Below are positions 46,949 to 59,135 of a DNA stretch of 64,000 nucleotides, in pieces. The stretch's first letter is position 1. Every line of letters begins with the position of its first letter. The translations under genes were made by a program, and so were the position numbers. Source of the stretch: Antechinus flavipes (Eukaryota). The notes beneath the pieces are model-generated. The model was not told the origin of the DNA. It saw only the letters and a list, made by a program, of their open reading frames with translations, and did no database searches. Location: contig NC_067400.1 of the NCBI RefSeq assembly GCF_016432865.1, positions 613,800,001 through 613,864,000 on the forward strand, in the 5' to 3' direction.

Positions 46949-49900
46949 TTAGTCAGTCTTCCGCCCCAGTCTTTTAAACACGCTAATAGTGCCCGTGTTG
47001 TCCATCTGTGCACTATGGCCCTCGCTTGAGCTGCTCACCCTCGGGCCTGCCAAGGTCCTCTTTATGGTAACCTTGAACTCAGCTGGGGACTTACTCTTTG
47101 TGCTGGTGACCTGGCTGTCCTGAGCTTCGGGTGGAAGAGTGGCTTTGCCAAGTCTCTGGATGATGCTGACTTTGGGCAACGGCTCTGGCTTTCTCTCAAC
47201 AGAGGGGCCCTGGCTGCCCCCTAAGCGCCGAAGGGTAGCAGGGATTGGCTTGGGCTCTGAGCTGGTGGCTTTGGCCTTGACGGTCCCCCCCAGTGGGGTG
47301 CTCTCCTTGGAAAAGGACTTGCCCATCCTCTTCAGAACCCCAGCATACTGGAGAACGGAGCTGTCATCGTCACTGTCTCCTGCCCGCTCCTCATCTGTCT
47401 CCAGGGCATCACCTAATCGGCTGAAGACTCCTGTGGGCTACAGCCAAATGAAAATCGTCAGTTAGGAAAAAGAGAAGCCAGACTGTCAAGGGGAGGATTT
47501 CCCTTCCCTCCATCTCACCTTGTTTCCAGTTGTCGTGTCAGCCTTAGTCTCGGCTCCGAGCCGATCAAACACAGACGTCCTCTGGACACCTGAGGGGGAA
47601 GTCAGTCAGTCAGTCAAACCACTCATGCTGAATGCTCCCACTGGGCACAACCCTATGCTGGGCACTGTGAGAGGCACCAAGGAGTGTCTGCCCTGAGAAA
47701 CGCTTCAGGAGGGCTCAAAGGGCAGGGATGGGATGCAGGCACGTGGAAACAAAGGGAAGAGACGGGATTTAGGAGATGCTAGAGATGGCTAAACCAAGTT
47801 GGGGAGACATGTCAGTGAGAACACAAACTGAACATGATCCTCACAACCTCAACACACTTAAAACCCAGGTTGTGGCTAAGAGGCCCCCCCGGGGGGGCAG
47901 AGCTCCCGACCACCCAGCTGCCCCTTCCAGGCCTTTCACGAAGGCTCACTCCGGAGACTCACGGGGCCCCTGCCCTCACCTTTGGCCGCCTGCTGCTGCT
48001 CCAGGATCTTCCGTGTCCGAGGTGTGGTTCCCTTGGGCATGGTGATGATGTATTTCCCTTCCATCTCAGCGGTCACTCGGCGTCTCCGCTTCACTGGCAC
48101 AGCCACATTCTCCTCTTCAAGCTGGCCTAGAGCTAAGAGAGGCCAAATGTGAGGTCATGGGCAGCTGGGAAAAGGACCCCCCGAAACTTTCTAGAATGGG
48201 GGAAGGAAAGGCTCTCTCACTCCAAACAGGGTAAACAATCAGAAACCATCCCCTTCTCATGTTTTATCTCATTTCATTCATAGGACCCAAAGGCTTACAA
48301 TTTTTTTTTTTTTTAAGAAATTTCTTAACCATCCCAGAAAGATGCAATCAATGAGAGGGTTCCAAAAGAGACAGAAGCCCTTCTGCTCCCAAGGCACTCA
48401 GGTCACACTCTGCCCTCCCTCCCCTCACAGGTACCCCACCACCGCGCTCCCCTTACCAACAGCTTTGGCGTGCTTGGCGGCCATCTTGTTGGAGACAGTG
48501 ACAGAGATCTTGGAGGCACTGGCATCAGGACGCCTGGCAGGGGTGCTGGGTGGAGAGTCCCGACTCAGGCTGTTAGCAATCATCCGAGAGGCAGCTAGAG
48601 AAGTGACAAAGGGGAGATGAGATTCAAGAGCAGGACTAGGACCATCCAAACCTGGGGAGTGGGGTGAAAGATGGACCACTACTGCACTCTAATCGGTCAG
48701 CGGAAGTGACCCAGACTCGACCCCCTCAAAGTTCTGAAGACATGGCCTTGAAGGAGAAATGGGAGTCAAGACCTGGCCCCTGAGAACAGTGAAACAGGGC
48801 TGGCCCTTCCATCATCCTCCCCGAGATGGAGAGGCTTTCTGTGTGTTACATCCTGACCCTCCCAACACCCCTGGACTGTGTGGTGGAGGGATTATCACTG
48901 TCCTGTTACAAGTGAAGAGACCAAGGCTGGCAGAACTTGGTACCCCCTAGTATCTGCTCCTGGAGCAGTGTGCCAGTGGGCACCACCTGAGATCCGCCCT
49001 GAGTGCCGGGGAAGGGCGGAGCAGGGAGCTCTGAGGGACACACTCACCACTAGTGGCGCTGCGCCTGAGCTCCGCCTGCAGGTGGCTGGGGCTCGAAGCC
49101 AATGACTCAGCGGCCGCCTTGCACACATCCTGGAAGAGACAGGATGGGTGAGAACAGCTCTAAGACAAGAGGCTCTGGGTCGGACACCGGCTCTCTCTAA
49201 ATGATCAAAGGGTGGTGACCATTGACAATGACAGAATTGCGATGGTCTGGCTGTGTGGGGCCCAGAACGCCCCCATTCCTTCTCCCCCCCCCCACCCCCG
49301 ACCCTCAGAAAGGCTTCGGCCTCACGTGGCCTCAGCTGCTTCCTGAGCTCGTGTGACCCTCTATGAAGCCCCCTGGAGCCTGCTCGCCGCAGGAAACACA
49401 GACATCGGATCTTATGGGACCCTGAGAAGCCCAAATGAAGGGCACCTGTCAGGTGCTTCCTAACGTCGATGATGACGTCATCTTGAATATCTCTATCCCA
49501 GACAGTTCTGGGGCAGGGAAAGAAAGGGGGAGGGGACAAAGGCTTTGCTCCTAATGCATTTCACTTGATGTTGGTCACTGAGATCTGGGTAAAAGGCTGG
49601 GTCTCGGTAGTGCTTCATGGGATCTGCCCGGCTCCTTAGCAAAAAGTCTAACAGTGCTTTCCAATATAATGGGTCCAAAAAAGCAAATACCAATTCCTCC
49701 CTCTGTTTCCTCAGGGGAGAGGAGGCAGTGGAGCCAAGCATCCTTGTGCCCCCACGACACGCTGAGCCTCAGGCGGGGGCCGGCAAACCCACCTGGCGGT
49801 ACACCACCTTGGCGTGCTTGAGGATGGCGATGATGTCACCCACCACAGTCACGCCGAGCTCATTCATGATCTCCTTGTTCAGATCTAGCAGCATGTTCTT

Positions 49901-52900
49901 CTGGATCCTGTGGGGGCACTGGGCAGTGAGTGCACAGAGTAGCGCGGGCTGGGCAGTGAGTGCACAGAGTAGCGTGGGCTGGGCAATGAGTGCACAGAGT
50001 AGCGCGGGCTGGGCAACAAGCCACCCTCCCCCCAGCTGGGGGCTCCTGCTCTGGAGCCCACTGCTCCTCACCTGTTATCGACAAACATCACCGCATAGTT
50101 GACGGCAGGTCCTGGCGGGATCCCGGCTTCCTTGAAGAACTGGATCCATTCTGATGTAGCTGTGGAAACACCAGCAGGAAGTCAGAGAACCCATCACACC
50201 GTCTTGGGCGCCCGGCTCCTGAGCCCACCAGCCTCCTTCTTCACAACAAAACCCCAATTTTTATACATGGAAGCGTCTCTATCCTAGCTGAGCCCAGCTA
50301 AATGCCCACAGCTCAAGGATTCCTTCCTAAAGCCTTCCCTTTGTCCCTGATAGCGTCACAGAATATCCAAGTTGGCCAGTATCTCAGACCCCATCTCTTC
50401 CAATGTGGAACTCTACAAGACGCTCTTTAATCAGAGAAGCCCTCTGGGGAGCAGAGCCAACTCCCTACAGACACAACCATCTTCACTTAAGGGCAGATCT
50501 AGGCATTACTAGGTTTTTCTTTACTTTAATCTTGAACTTGCCCCTTTGGAACTTGTCCATTGCCCCATGAGCCCAGCAAAACAAAGCTAATTCTTCCTCT
50601 GATGCTCTTTTGTGTCCTCAGGAGACTGTCATATTCCTCCCCCACTCCTTTAGCCAGACTTCCCAGTCATCCTCTTGAGGTCCTTCACTATCCTGCTGGC
50701 CCTCTGAGGGGGATCTGGGGAAGAAATGGGTATAGCGAATCCACCAGGGAAGAGCTAAACAAATGATGGTGTAGAAATCAAAGGGATATTATTTCATCTT
50801 AAAAAATGATGAGAAACTAATGAAGATTCATATGTGCTGATGCAAAGCAAAGAGAACAGAACCAGGATACGTAGCAATAACAACAAAATCAACATGAAAG
50901 ATTTAAGAACTGCAACCAGCTCCATCCTGAAGATTAACGTGGGGGCCTGTTACCATCTCTGCATGACTGTTCTAAGAGTTTGGGGTTTTTTTTTCCAATT
51001 TTGAGGGAGTGGGTAGAAAGAAGGGAGTGAAGTTAGGAATAGTGTAGCAGGAAAAAGAAAGAAAAAATCATGGAAGGATTCTTTTTTTAATGTACAAAAG
51101 AGAACAGAAGGAAAAGAGCCAAGAAAGAATCACAGACAAGCAGGACAGCTTTCAAAGTTATATGTTGAATTTATTACATATTTTAAAAGAAAAGCAAGCT
51201 GTACATAATAGATTCACAGTTTCATGTACAATCCTCTTTGTCTGCTCTGTGATATATACAGATATACACATGTATGTGTATAAATGCTCATTTTATTTAA
51301 GTTCAGAATAAAATAAGATTCTGAAAAGCATCCAGAAATCTCTATATGATTATTGGAGCACATACCTACATGTATGACACAATCATTAACAGTTAATTTT
51401 TTAGTTAGCCAGAATTAATAGCATGGAGGCAGCTGGTAGCACAGTGGGCCTCAAGTCAAGAAGACCTAAGTTCAAATTATCTAGCTGTGTGAACCTGGGC
51501 AAGTCACTGAATCTTTGTCTGCCTCAATTTCCTCATCTGTAAAATAGGAATACCTATTTTATCTCCCACCTAACAGAGATCAAATGAATTGATATTTGTA
51601 AAAAAAAAAAATTTAAGCACTTAGCCTAGTGCCTGGCACATAGTAGTTGACCTATAAATGCTTATTCCCTTCCCCAACTCCAATAATAAGTTGCTTTTCC
51701 TTTGTTAATTAATCTGTTACAGATGTTAATATATCCCATTAGACTGTCAAACAGGTTAAAGGAGTAAAGCTAAGGAAATTTGACTGCTTTGTTTAAGAAG
51801 AATGATAATGGAGACCCACTAGTGGAAGCAACCTCAAGAGGAGATGGATCCCAGTAAACTCCTTTCAGCCAATGGTATCTCTTTGCTTCTGGGCATAAGC
51901 CTTTGAATAAGAGCTTATCTCAGTAGCAGAAGCACCAGGAAGCCTGTTAAACATGACCCTGCATCCCTTCGTTCTGTTCAATGATGGGGGCAAACAGATG
52001 TATCCACATACCTGCTCTCCAATAACCTACATGGAGCTTCCTAAGTGTCTTTCCCCCTCTCCAAAGTGTTCACACAATTGCCAGGGATTTTCTTAAAGCC
52101 TGGGTGGGACCACATCACTCCCCCATCAACAAAACACCGGTGTCTCCCTGTAGCCTCTAGAACCAAATCGAACTTCCTCTGACTTTTCCAATGCTTTCAC
52201 CAACTGGTCTGTAAATGGCCTTTCCAGCTTAATCTCACCACCACCACCGCTCCCCGCCTCCTTGTTTGCTGTATAAGCCTCTATCTCCCAGGCCTGGAAT
52301 CTGTCCTGCTCACCACCTCTTCCCAAGACCCTTCACTTCCTCCAAACCTTGGCTCAAGCACCAAGCCTTTGCTAATCTTCCTTCCCCTCCCCAAAGTACC
52401 TTGTATTTACTTCATATTTAATATTCTAGGAGTATTTGGGGGCCAAGAGCACTTTATTTGGTCACTGTAATCTTACTGCCTACCCTGATGCCTTGAATAC
52501 AGTGCTTCATACATGTTTAATAACGCACACACCCATACCCCCTCCCAGCCTCTTTTGCAGGCCCTTCTCTGGATTATCACTTTCCATCACCTCTGTATGG
52601 ATCCTGTACTTAACATCATTATTTACAAGTTCTCTTTCCCCCATTTGAACGTGAGCTCCTTGAGGGCAGGAACGCTGTTTTTGCCCTCAGCATGGTGCCT
52701 GGCACACAACACTTAATAAGCACTCCTTGAAGGCGGAGAAGCTCTGGGCTGGAATGGCAATGATTTAGCAGGAAGCGCCTCTAACCAAAGCCTCAGACCA
52801 GTGTCCCTGGAGCTCCTCCTGAAGGCTTCAGGGGCCAGAGATCCTAGGAGCCCACTCCAGCTTCGGAACCCCCGGAGGAGGGGGGTGCTTTCTCACACTG

Positions 52901-53390
52901 AGATACAGTCACTCCCCCCATCATCGTGCAGCCCCAGGAGCTCCAGGACAACATGAAGCCTGGAGTGAGAAAGCCAGAAAGGTAGCTCCAATCTCTTCTA
53001 ACTTGCTAGTCCTAAGAAAGCAGGAACTGGCCAGACTCCTTTGGGAGCACTTTCAGGAGAAGAACAGCCAGGCTGAGAGACAAGCACTCCACAACACTGG
53101 AACTTTCCCGATCTACCCAGGAAGAGGCACAGTGTTTGAGCCCGGGTACCCCTTAGTCCTCTGAATCTCAAAGGGCACAGAATGGAACATTCTCACCGAA
53201 GCTGCAGTTGAGACAAAGGCAGGGACAAAGGCCCTAGGCACATTCCTCCTGGCTTTGGGCTGGCGTCCTCAGCCGGCATTCCACCGGGCAGCAGCTGACT
53301 CTGACAGCTATCCCAACCCCCACCGCCCCTCATCAAGTGGCAAGGGTCCAGGGCGGACCCTACAGACTCACCCATAGTCACTGACACCAT
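46949..53390 (-). CDS. C19orf47: C19orf47 orthologue (SAM-like N-terminus, 384 aa)
   Basis: Exons 53390-53372, 50159-50072, 49907-49793, 49129-49048, 48594-48457, 48132-47980, 47589-47519, 47437-46949 total 1155 nt. Translation MVSVTMATSEWIQFFKEAGIPPGPAVNYAVMFVDNRIQKNMLLDLNKEIMNELG...VFKRLGRKTD*. Confidence 0.95.
49921..50015. repeat. 30-bp tandem repeat x3 next to a C19orf47 acceptor
   Basis: gggcagtgagtgcacagagtagcgcgggct. Confidence 0.9.
50750..51320 (+). mobile_element. LINE-1 3' end fragments
   Basis: aaacaaatgatggtgtag...tgatgcaaagcaaagagaacagaaccagg and a marsupial L1 3'UTR-like segment (aagcaagctgtacataatagatt). Confidence 0.65.
52090..52720 (+). mobile_element. LINE-2 3' fragment
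   Basis: accacatcactcccc...tgtgagctccttgagggcagg...gcctggcacacaacacttaataa typical of an L2 tail. Confidence 0.65.
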
Positions 53391-54449
53391 CTTCTCCCCG
53401 ATCACAAGCGAGCCGGTGCTCCCCAAAGTAGCCTAGGAGGGGAAACGAGGCTCAGTGAGTAGGCTGGCTGGGGCCTCAGCAGGGCCACATTCCTGGGCCA
53501 AGCTTCAGAGGCCAGGAATAGCTGGTGAGCAGCTGTCAGGAAGTCAGCGCCAGCCTGCCAATCCCCTACCCCACCCCAGAGCCCTCCCCTCCCACTCTAG
53601 TTCTCCGGCACCCTCGGGAAAGGCCAGCTGCTCTTAGGGGAAGTTTCTCTCAAAGACCCCTGAAGACCACCCAACAATCCCCTTCTAATCCTGTCAGCCC
53701 CTCCTCCACCCCACTAAGCCATCCCACCTTCCTTCCTCTCTCTACCTTCTACTCCTTTTCCAACAAATTTAACACTTACTAAGCCTCTACCGTGAGCAAA
53801 ACTTGCCAGGGACTGGGGAAATACAAAGTAACACTGTATCTAACCACAAAGAGCCTTACATTTACCAAGTGAAATAAGGCAGGGAGGCCGTTAGGCCCCG
53901 ACACCCACTAGCTCTGTGCTCCCGGGCAAGGCGCCTCCTTTCTGCTGCCTCAGTTTCCTCCTCTGTAAAATGAGGACCCACCTCTCAGGGTGGAGGAATT
54001 ACCTCATGCTTTTTGCAAATTTTAAAGAGCTGCATGACTGCCAGCTACTGTAATATGGACAGATGCAAGTACGAGGCACACAGATGAGAACTGTCAAGAG
54101 CTCGCCCCTCATCTGCTGTCGGCCCACTTTCCCAGCGGCCCGGGACCCTCCGGGAGGAGGGCGCAGCGGCCGGCCTGGCTCCCGTATCTACGAGGCTCCC
54201 CTCCGCAATCCCGAGCATCTGTTTTCTACGTTTAAACCAGGACTAAGAAGTTGGGGTGGGAGTCCCCCGGGCCGGATCCGCAAGAGGAGGGAAGAGGGAT
54301 CCCAAGAGACTGGGGGGAGGGGCGGGAGATGACGCCCCCCCCTCCTCCGACCCCGACCCCGCCTCCCGCTAGACTGGAAGCTGCTCGAGGACAGAAACCG
54401 CCCCACTTTGGTCCTAATCTCAGGCCCCGGAACATTGAGAGGCTCAGCA

Positions 54450-55330
54450 AGTACTCCCCGGGCTAGGGGATCCGCCTCCTGCCACTGCACAGAGGTAGGA
54501 AACTGAGGCCCAGAGGGGCCGGGGCACGATCCCGGGAGCCACGCGGCGACTTCCGGCGCCCGCCCGCCCGCCTTCCCGACTTCGTCGGGCTGAGGCCCGC
54601 TCCCCCCCTCACCTGTCACGGGTCTCGGGCTCCCGCCCTCCGCCCGGAGCCAACGGACCCCCCCTACCCGCCTCAGTCCTGCCTGGACCGGAAACGCCAC
54701 TACGCGCGCGCCGGAAAAAGCCCTCCCCGGCAAGGGTGTGGAAGCCGCTCTAGCCGCGGCCGCGACCATAGAGCCGGCTGCCTCCCTCAGCCCCCACCAC
54801 GCCCTCAGGACACGTGACCCGACGCCTAGGGGCCGACCAATCGACAGGCTCTGCACCCCGCCCCGCCCCCCCCACTCCCAGAGCCTGAGGCACCCGGATG
54901 AGGGGCAGGCCCCGCCCAACGCTGCTCAGCCCCCGACAACTCTCTGGCAGTTGAGGCTGCGCGCACGCGCCCCGCTGAAGTTTTCCGTAGCGGAGTTTGC
55001 GGCAGAAAACTAGCGCGCATGCGTGGCCTTCGCGTCCCGAGCTGATCTCTCCGCCTCCCCGTAGGCCGGCTGGGGCGTGCTCTCCTGCCGGGGGCGGCTC
55101 CCCGAGATCGGCCGCCTCAATCTGTGTGTCTCCCCTCCACCCCCAACTCCGGCCGTTCGACCCTCCCCCGGCCCCGACCCTGGTAAGTCTGAGGCTCGGG
55201 GAGTGACTGAGCTGGAAAGGGCCCCCCAAATCCCCCCGCGGCGCACACGCTCGCGGAGAACCGGGGGCTCCGCCCGCCTGGGGACTCCTCAGGTGCAGCC
55301 CAGGGGGCGCGGGAGACCCCCGTCCCTAGA
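54450..55330. promoter_or_regulatory. Bidirectional CpG-island promoter for C19orf47 and PLD3
   Basis: CpG island with a minus-strand donor at 54613 (C19orf47 exon 1) and a plus-strand donor CTG|GTAAGT at 55182 (PLD3 exon 1). ETS motif ACTTCCGG at 54549-54556, NRF1-like GCGCATGCG at 55015-55023, CCAAT and GC boxes. Confidence 0.8.
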
Positions 55331-56257
55331 GCACATCTATTAAACGCCTACTGTGTGTCACGTATTGGCCCAAGCTCTGGGCTACAAAGAGACCAGAGAC
55401 AGTGACTGCCCTCCTGCACCTTACGGTCTAATGTGACAGACAGCGTGCAAACAAGTATACGCTGGGGAAATGGGAAAGAATTAAAAGGGTGGGGGAGGAA
55501 TCCGCATTTATTTAGCGCCTATTGTGTGTCAAGCTCTGGCTTAAGCACTGGGGTACAAAAAGAGGTCAGACAGCCCCTCCCCTCCAGGAGCCTATACTCT
55601 CGGAGGAAGACTAGGAACAATACATGTGATACTGGCGTTCCCCCTTCTCCAGGGAGCCCACCCCAACTCCTCTTCAATCCAGCACCCGTCCTCTGTTAAT
55701 CATTTTCTGGATATTTTATATCGAGCTTCATTTCTATTTGGTTACTTGTTTTCCCCTTTAAATTGGAAGCTCCTTGAGGACCCAGCCTGCCTTGGTCTCT
55801 TTTTGTCTCCCCACACTTAATCCAGTGCCTGACACATAGTGATTGCTTAATAAACGTTGACTGATTAAAGTAAACGAGCTATACACAGGATAAATTGGAG
55901 ATTATTAAATGGGGGAGGGGAGACGGGGGAGAGATGGACATTTGTCTAGCAGTCACTTTGGGAAGTGCTGGAGATTCAAAAGTGGCAAAAAGACAGTCCT
56001 TTCTCTCAAAGAATTTACTGTCTAATGAGGGAGACAATATGTAAAGAAGTCGTACTCTGGAGAAATTAGAGATAATGGGGGGTGGGGGTGGGGAGGGCTT
56101 CCTCTAAAAGGAACTTTTGGCTGTAGTGGGAAGGGAGCCAAGAGGCTCAGATGATGCCAGCACAATGTCTTCTCTCCCTCATCAAACACTCCTTGAGTGT
56201 TTCAGCTGCATCTCTCCTTGGCTCCATCATCAGACCTTGCCTGATATTCTCAGTAAA

Positions 56258-56317
<60 letters not shown>
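56258..56317. repeat. Perfect 60-bp AT palindrome A9(TA)21T9
   Basis: Read directly. Confidence 0.9.
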
Positions 56318-57235
56318 CCTTCTCTGTAAAATCTAAGTTTCTTGACGTCAGGGACATTTGGGATTCTCAGGACTTAGTAGGTGTCTTGCATTTGGACTCA
56401 ATCGGGTAGGCTCATACTGTCTCTGGATTTGGAACTGAGAGGGACCTTAGAACTCACATGGTAGCTTGTCCAAAGTCATAGAAGAAACTCTGAGAGAGGA
56501 TTCCAGGCCTTCTGAGTCCCAATTCGGCATCTTTTCCCTGGTTCCAGAGAACTTCCATTCTCTGATGCTATAGCCATGGAGGGGAACTTCCCCTTTGAAG
56601 ATCCCTCATTAATAATGGGAAGGGGTTGGGCTAATTACTCTTCGGGGCCCCTTCCAGGTCTGACATGTCATGAAATGGAGGGACAGTCGGTCAGGCTGGC
56701 CGGGGCCTTGCGCTATGACCACTTCTAGACCATCGGGTCCCTCACCTGCAGCTCCCTCATCTGTAAACAGGAGAATGAAACCTGCCCTACCGAAGGGGGA
56801 GGGGGGAGAGTTGTGGAGAATGTGCTTTGTTGAGTCAAACTAACATTTATTAAGCAAGCACTGTGCTCTTAGTGCTGAGGATACCAAAATAAAACCTCTT
56901 CCGATGGGAGAAGAGTGAGACCCCTCCCAAAATGAGCTGAAAAAGGGGTGGAAGTGTGTTCAGTCCAGGGGCTGATGGAGAAGCCCAGAGGGGGCTCCAG
57001 CCAGCTACTGCTGGCAAGCTCAAAGACAGAGGGCCCCCAAGGTCACAGTTAATAAGCCAAAGGGCAGGATTTGAACTCTGGTCTTTCAGATTGCCAATCT
57101 GGACAATCTATCCACTGCACCCTACTGTCCCACGCTGCCCTTGATATTTTCTTGGCAAAGACGTTGCAGCGGTTTGCTGTTTCCTTCCTCAGTCGTGCTT
57201 CTTATTAAAACTAACATTTATATAATACCTACTAT

Positions 57236-57375
57236 GGGGCAGCTAGGTAACTCAGTGGATAGAGCACTGGTTTCTGGAGTCAGGAAGACCCAAGTTCAAA
57301 TCCAGTCCCAGATGTTTAGTAACTGTGTGACCATGAGCAAATCACTCACCCTGATTGCCCCCCCCCAAAAAAAAA
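57236..57375 (+). mobile_element. WSINE1-type SINE
   Basis: ggggcagctaggtaactcagtggatagagcactgg...gttcaaatcc...tgtgtgacc, ending in an A tail. Confidence 0.8.
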
Positions 57376-57655
57376 ATCAGATATCTGCTATTTGACAGGC
57401 ACTGTGCTAAATGATTTGCAAATATTTCATCCGATCTTCACAACAATCTTGGAAATTGGGTGCTATTATTATGCCCATTACACAGTTGAGGAAACTGAGG
57501 TAAGCAGGAAATTAGGTGCTGTCAGTATGCCCATTACACAGTTGAGGAAACTGAGGTAAGCAGAGGCTTAGTGATGGCACAGCTAGCAAGCATTTGAATT
57601 CAGGACTTCTGACTCCAGGCCCCGGCTCTCCACCCACTGTACCACCCAGCTGCAT

Positions 57656-57665
57656 GTCACGTGAC
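57656..57665. promoter_or_regulatory. Perfect CLEAR-type E-box (GTCACGTGAC) in PLD3 intron 1
   Basis: Exact 10-bp match to the TFEB/TFE3 CLEAR consensus, inside a MIR-like remnant. Function is not shown. Confidence 0.4.
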
Positions 57666-58067
57666 CTTTGGGTGTCTCAGTTTCCTCCTCTGTAAAGTAA
57701 ATGAGGCCTGGTGTAACTTTGAAGCGGGGGGACTTGCCCAGGTCACATAGCTGGAAACAGAGTAGAAGAATATCAATAATAGTATTCTTAGTTTTCAACA
57801 ATAACCCTGGTGAGGTAACGATGTTGCTGCGATCTGATCTGCTACATTGTAGGAAGGGTGAGCCGGGAGCCTCCCCGCCCCTCCTCAGACTCCCAGACCA
57901 ACGTTCTCTGCTGAGATCCGCTCCACCAGGAGGAGGCCGCAGCTTCTCCTGCAGGATGGACTTTTGAGGATGCGGGCACTGGACCCCGCTCGGGACTTAG
58001 GACCCAGCTAAGAAATCTCCCATTTGGGGAGTTAATAATTGCTTACTTTTATCACTACAGTACAGCC

Positions 58068-58295
58068 AGGGGGCGCCATGGTGCATAGAGCACCGGGCCT
58101 GGAGTCAGGAAGGCTCAGCTTCCCTGAGATCAAATCCTGCCTCAGATACTGGCTTTGTGACCCTGCGCCAGTCACTCTCTGCCTCAGTTTCCTCATCTGT
58201 AAAATGAGCTGGAAAAAGATATGGCAAGGAGGGGGAGGGGGGGCGGTTACTCCAGAATCTTTGCCAAGAAAACCCTGGGTAGAGCCATGAAGTGG
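58068..58295 (+). mobile_element. MAR1-type SINE
   Basis: tRNA-like head, CORE (cctcagtttcctcatctgtaaaatgag) and RTE-like tail (tactccagaatctttgccaagaaaaccc). Confidence 0.75.
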
Positions 58296-58742
58296 GAAGA
58301 CATTTATCAATCATTTAACAAAAGTTCATTCAATTAGGTTGCATTCAGCAAGTTTAAGTACCTTCTATGTGCTAGGCTCTGGGCTTCTTGGTAGAGATAC
58401 AAATAATGAACACGTGACTGAATAAAGTGTTCCGGAAGCACTTAATAAATGTTTAGCGCCTTGCTTAGAGCTGGGGATTCACCTAGAAAAACAAGTCAGT
58501 CCCCGTCCTCAAGGAGCTTCCATTCTAATGGCGTGGAAATCATTATTGTGACTCTGTCATTCTGGACTCATTTGATTCTTCGAGACCTCATTTGGGGTTT
58601 CCTGGCAGAGAGAGTGAAGTAGTTTGTCATCTCTTTCTCTAGCTCATTTTACAGAAGAGGAAACTGAGGCAAATGGGGTTCATTAACAGTGCACCCATCT
58701 AGCTGAGAGCTTTGCAGTCCTGGGGGGGAGCTGGACCAATGC

Positions 58743-59135
58743 TGTTCTAGAGCTTGGGGAAGGGGAGGAAGGGGGGAGCCAGTTGGATAAAAGGCAGAGG
58801 TGAAGAAGTACTGTTCTAGAGCTTGGGGAAGGGGAGGAAGGGGGGAGCCAGTTGGATAAAAGGCAGAGGGGAGGAAGTACTGTTCTAGAGCTTGGGGAAA
58901 GAGAGGAAAGGGGGAGCCGATTGGATAAAAGGCAGAGGGGAGGAAGTACTGTTCTAGAGCTTGGGGAAAGAGAAGAAAGGGGGAGCCAGTTGGATAAAAG
59001 GCAGAGGGGAGGAAGTACTGTTCTAGAGCTTGGGGAAAGAGAAGAAAGGGGGAACCAGTTGGATAAAAGGCAGAGGGGAGGAAGTACCGTTCTAGAGCTT
59101 GGGGAAGGGGAGGAAGGGGGGAGCCGGTTGGACCG
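58743..59135. repeat. 69-bp VNTR (~5.7 copies)
   Basis: gttctagagcttggggaa recurs with a 69-bp period from about 58743 to 59088. Confidence 0.95.

Noticed and set aside
49493-49741. 82-aa minus-strand ORF (FLDPLYWKALLDFLL...) in a C19orf47 intron
   Set aside because: It has a non-ATG start, I recognise no homolog, and no convincing splice sites fit the C19orf47 phases.
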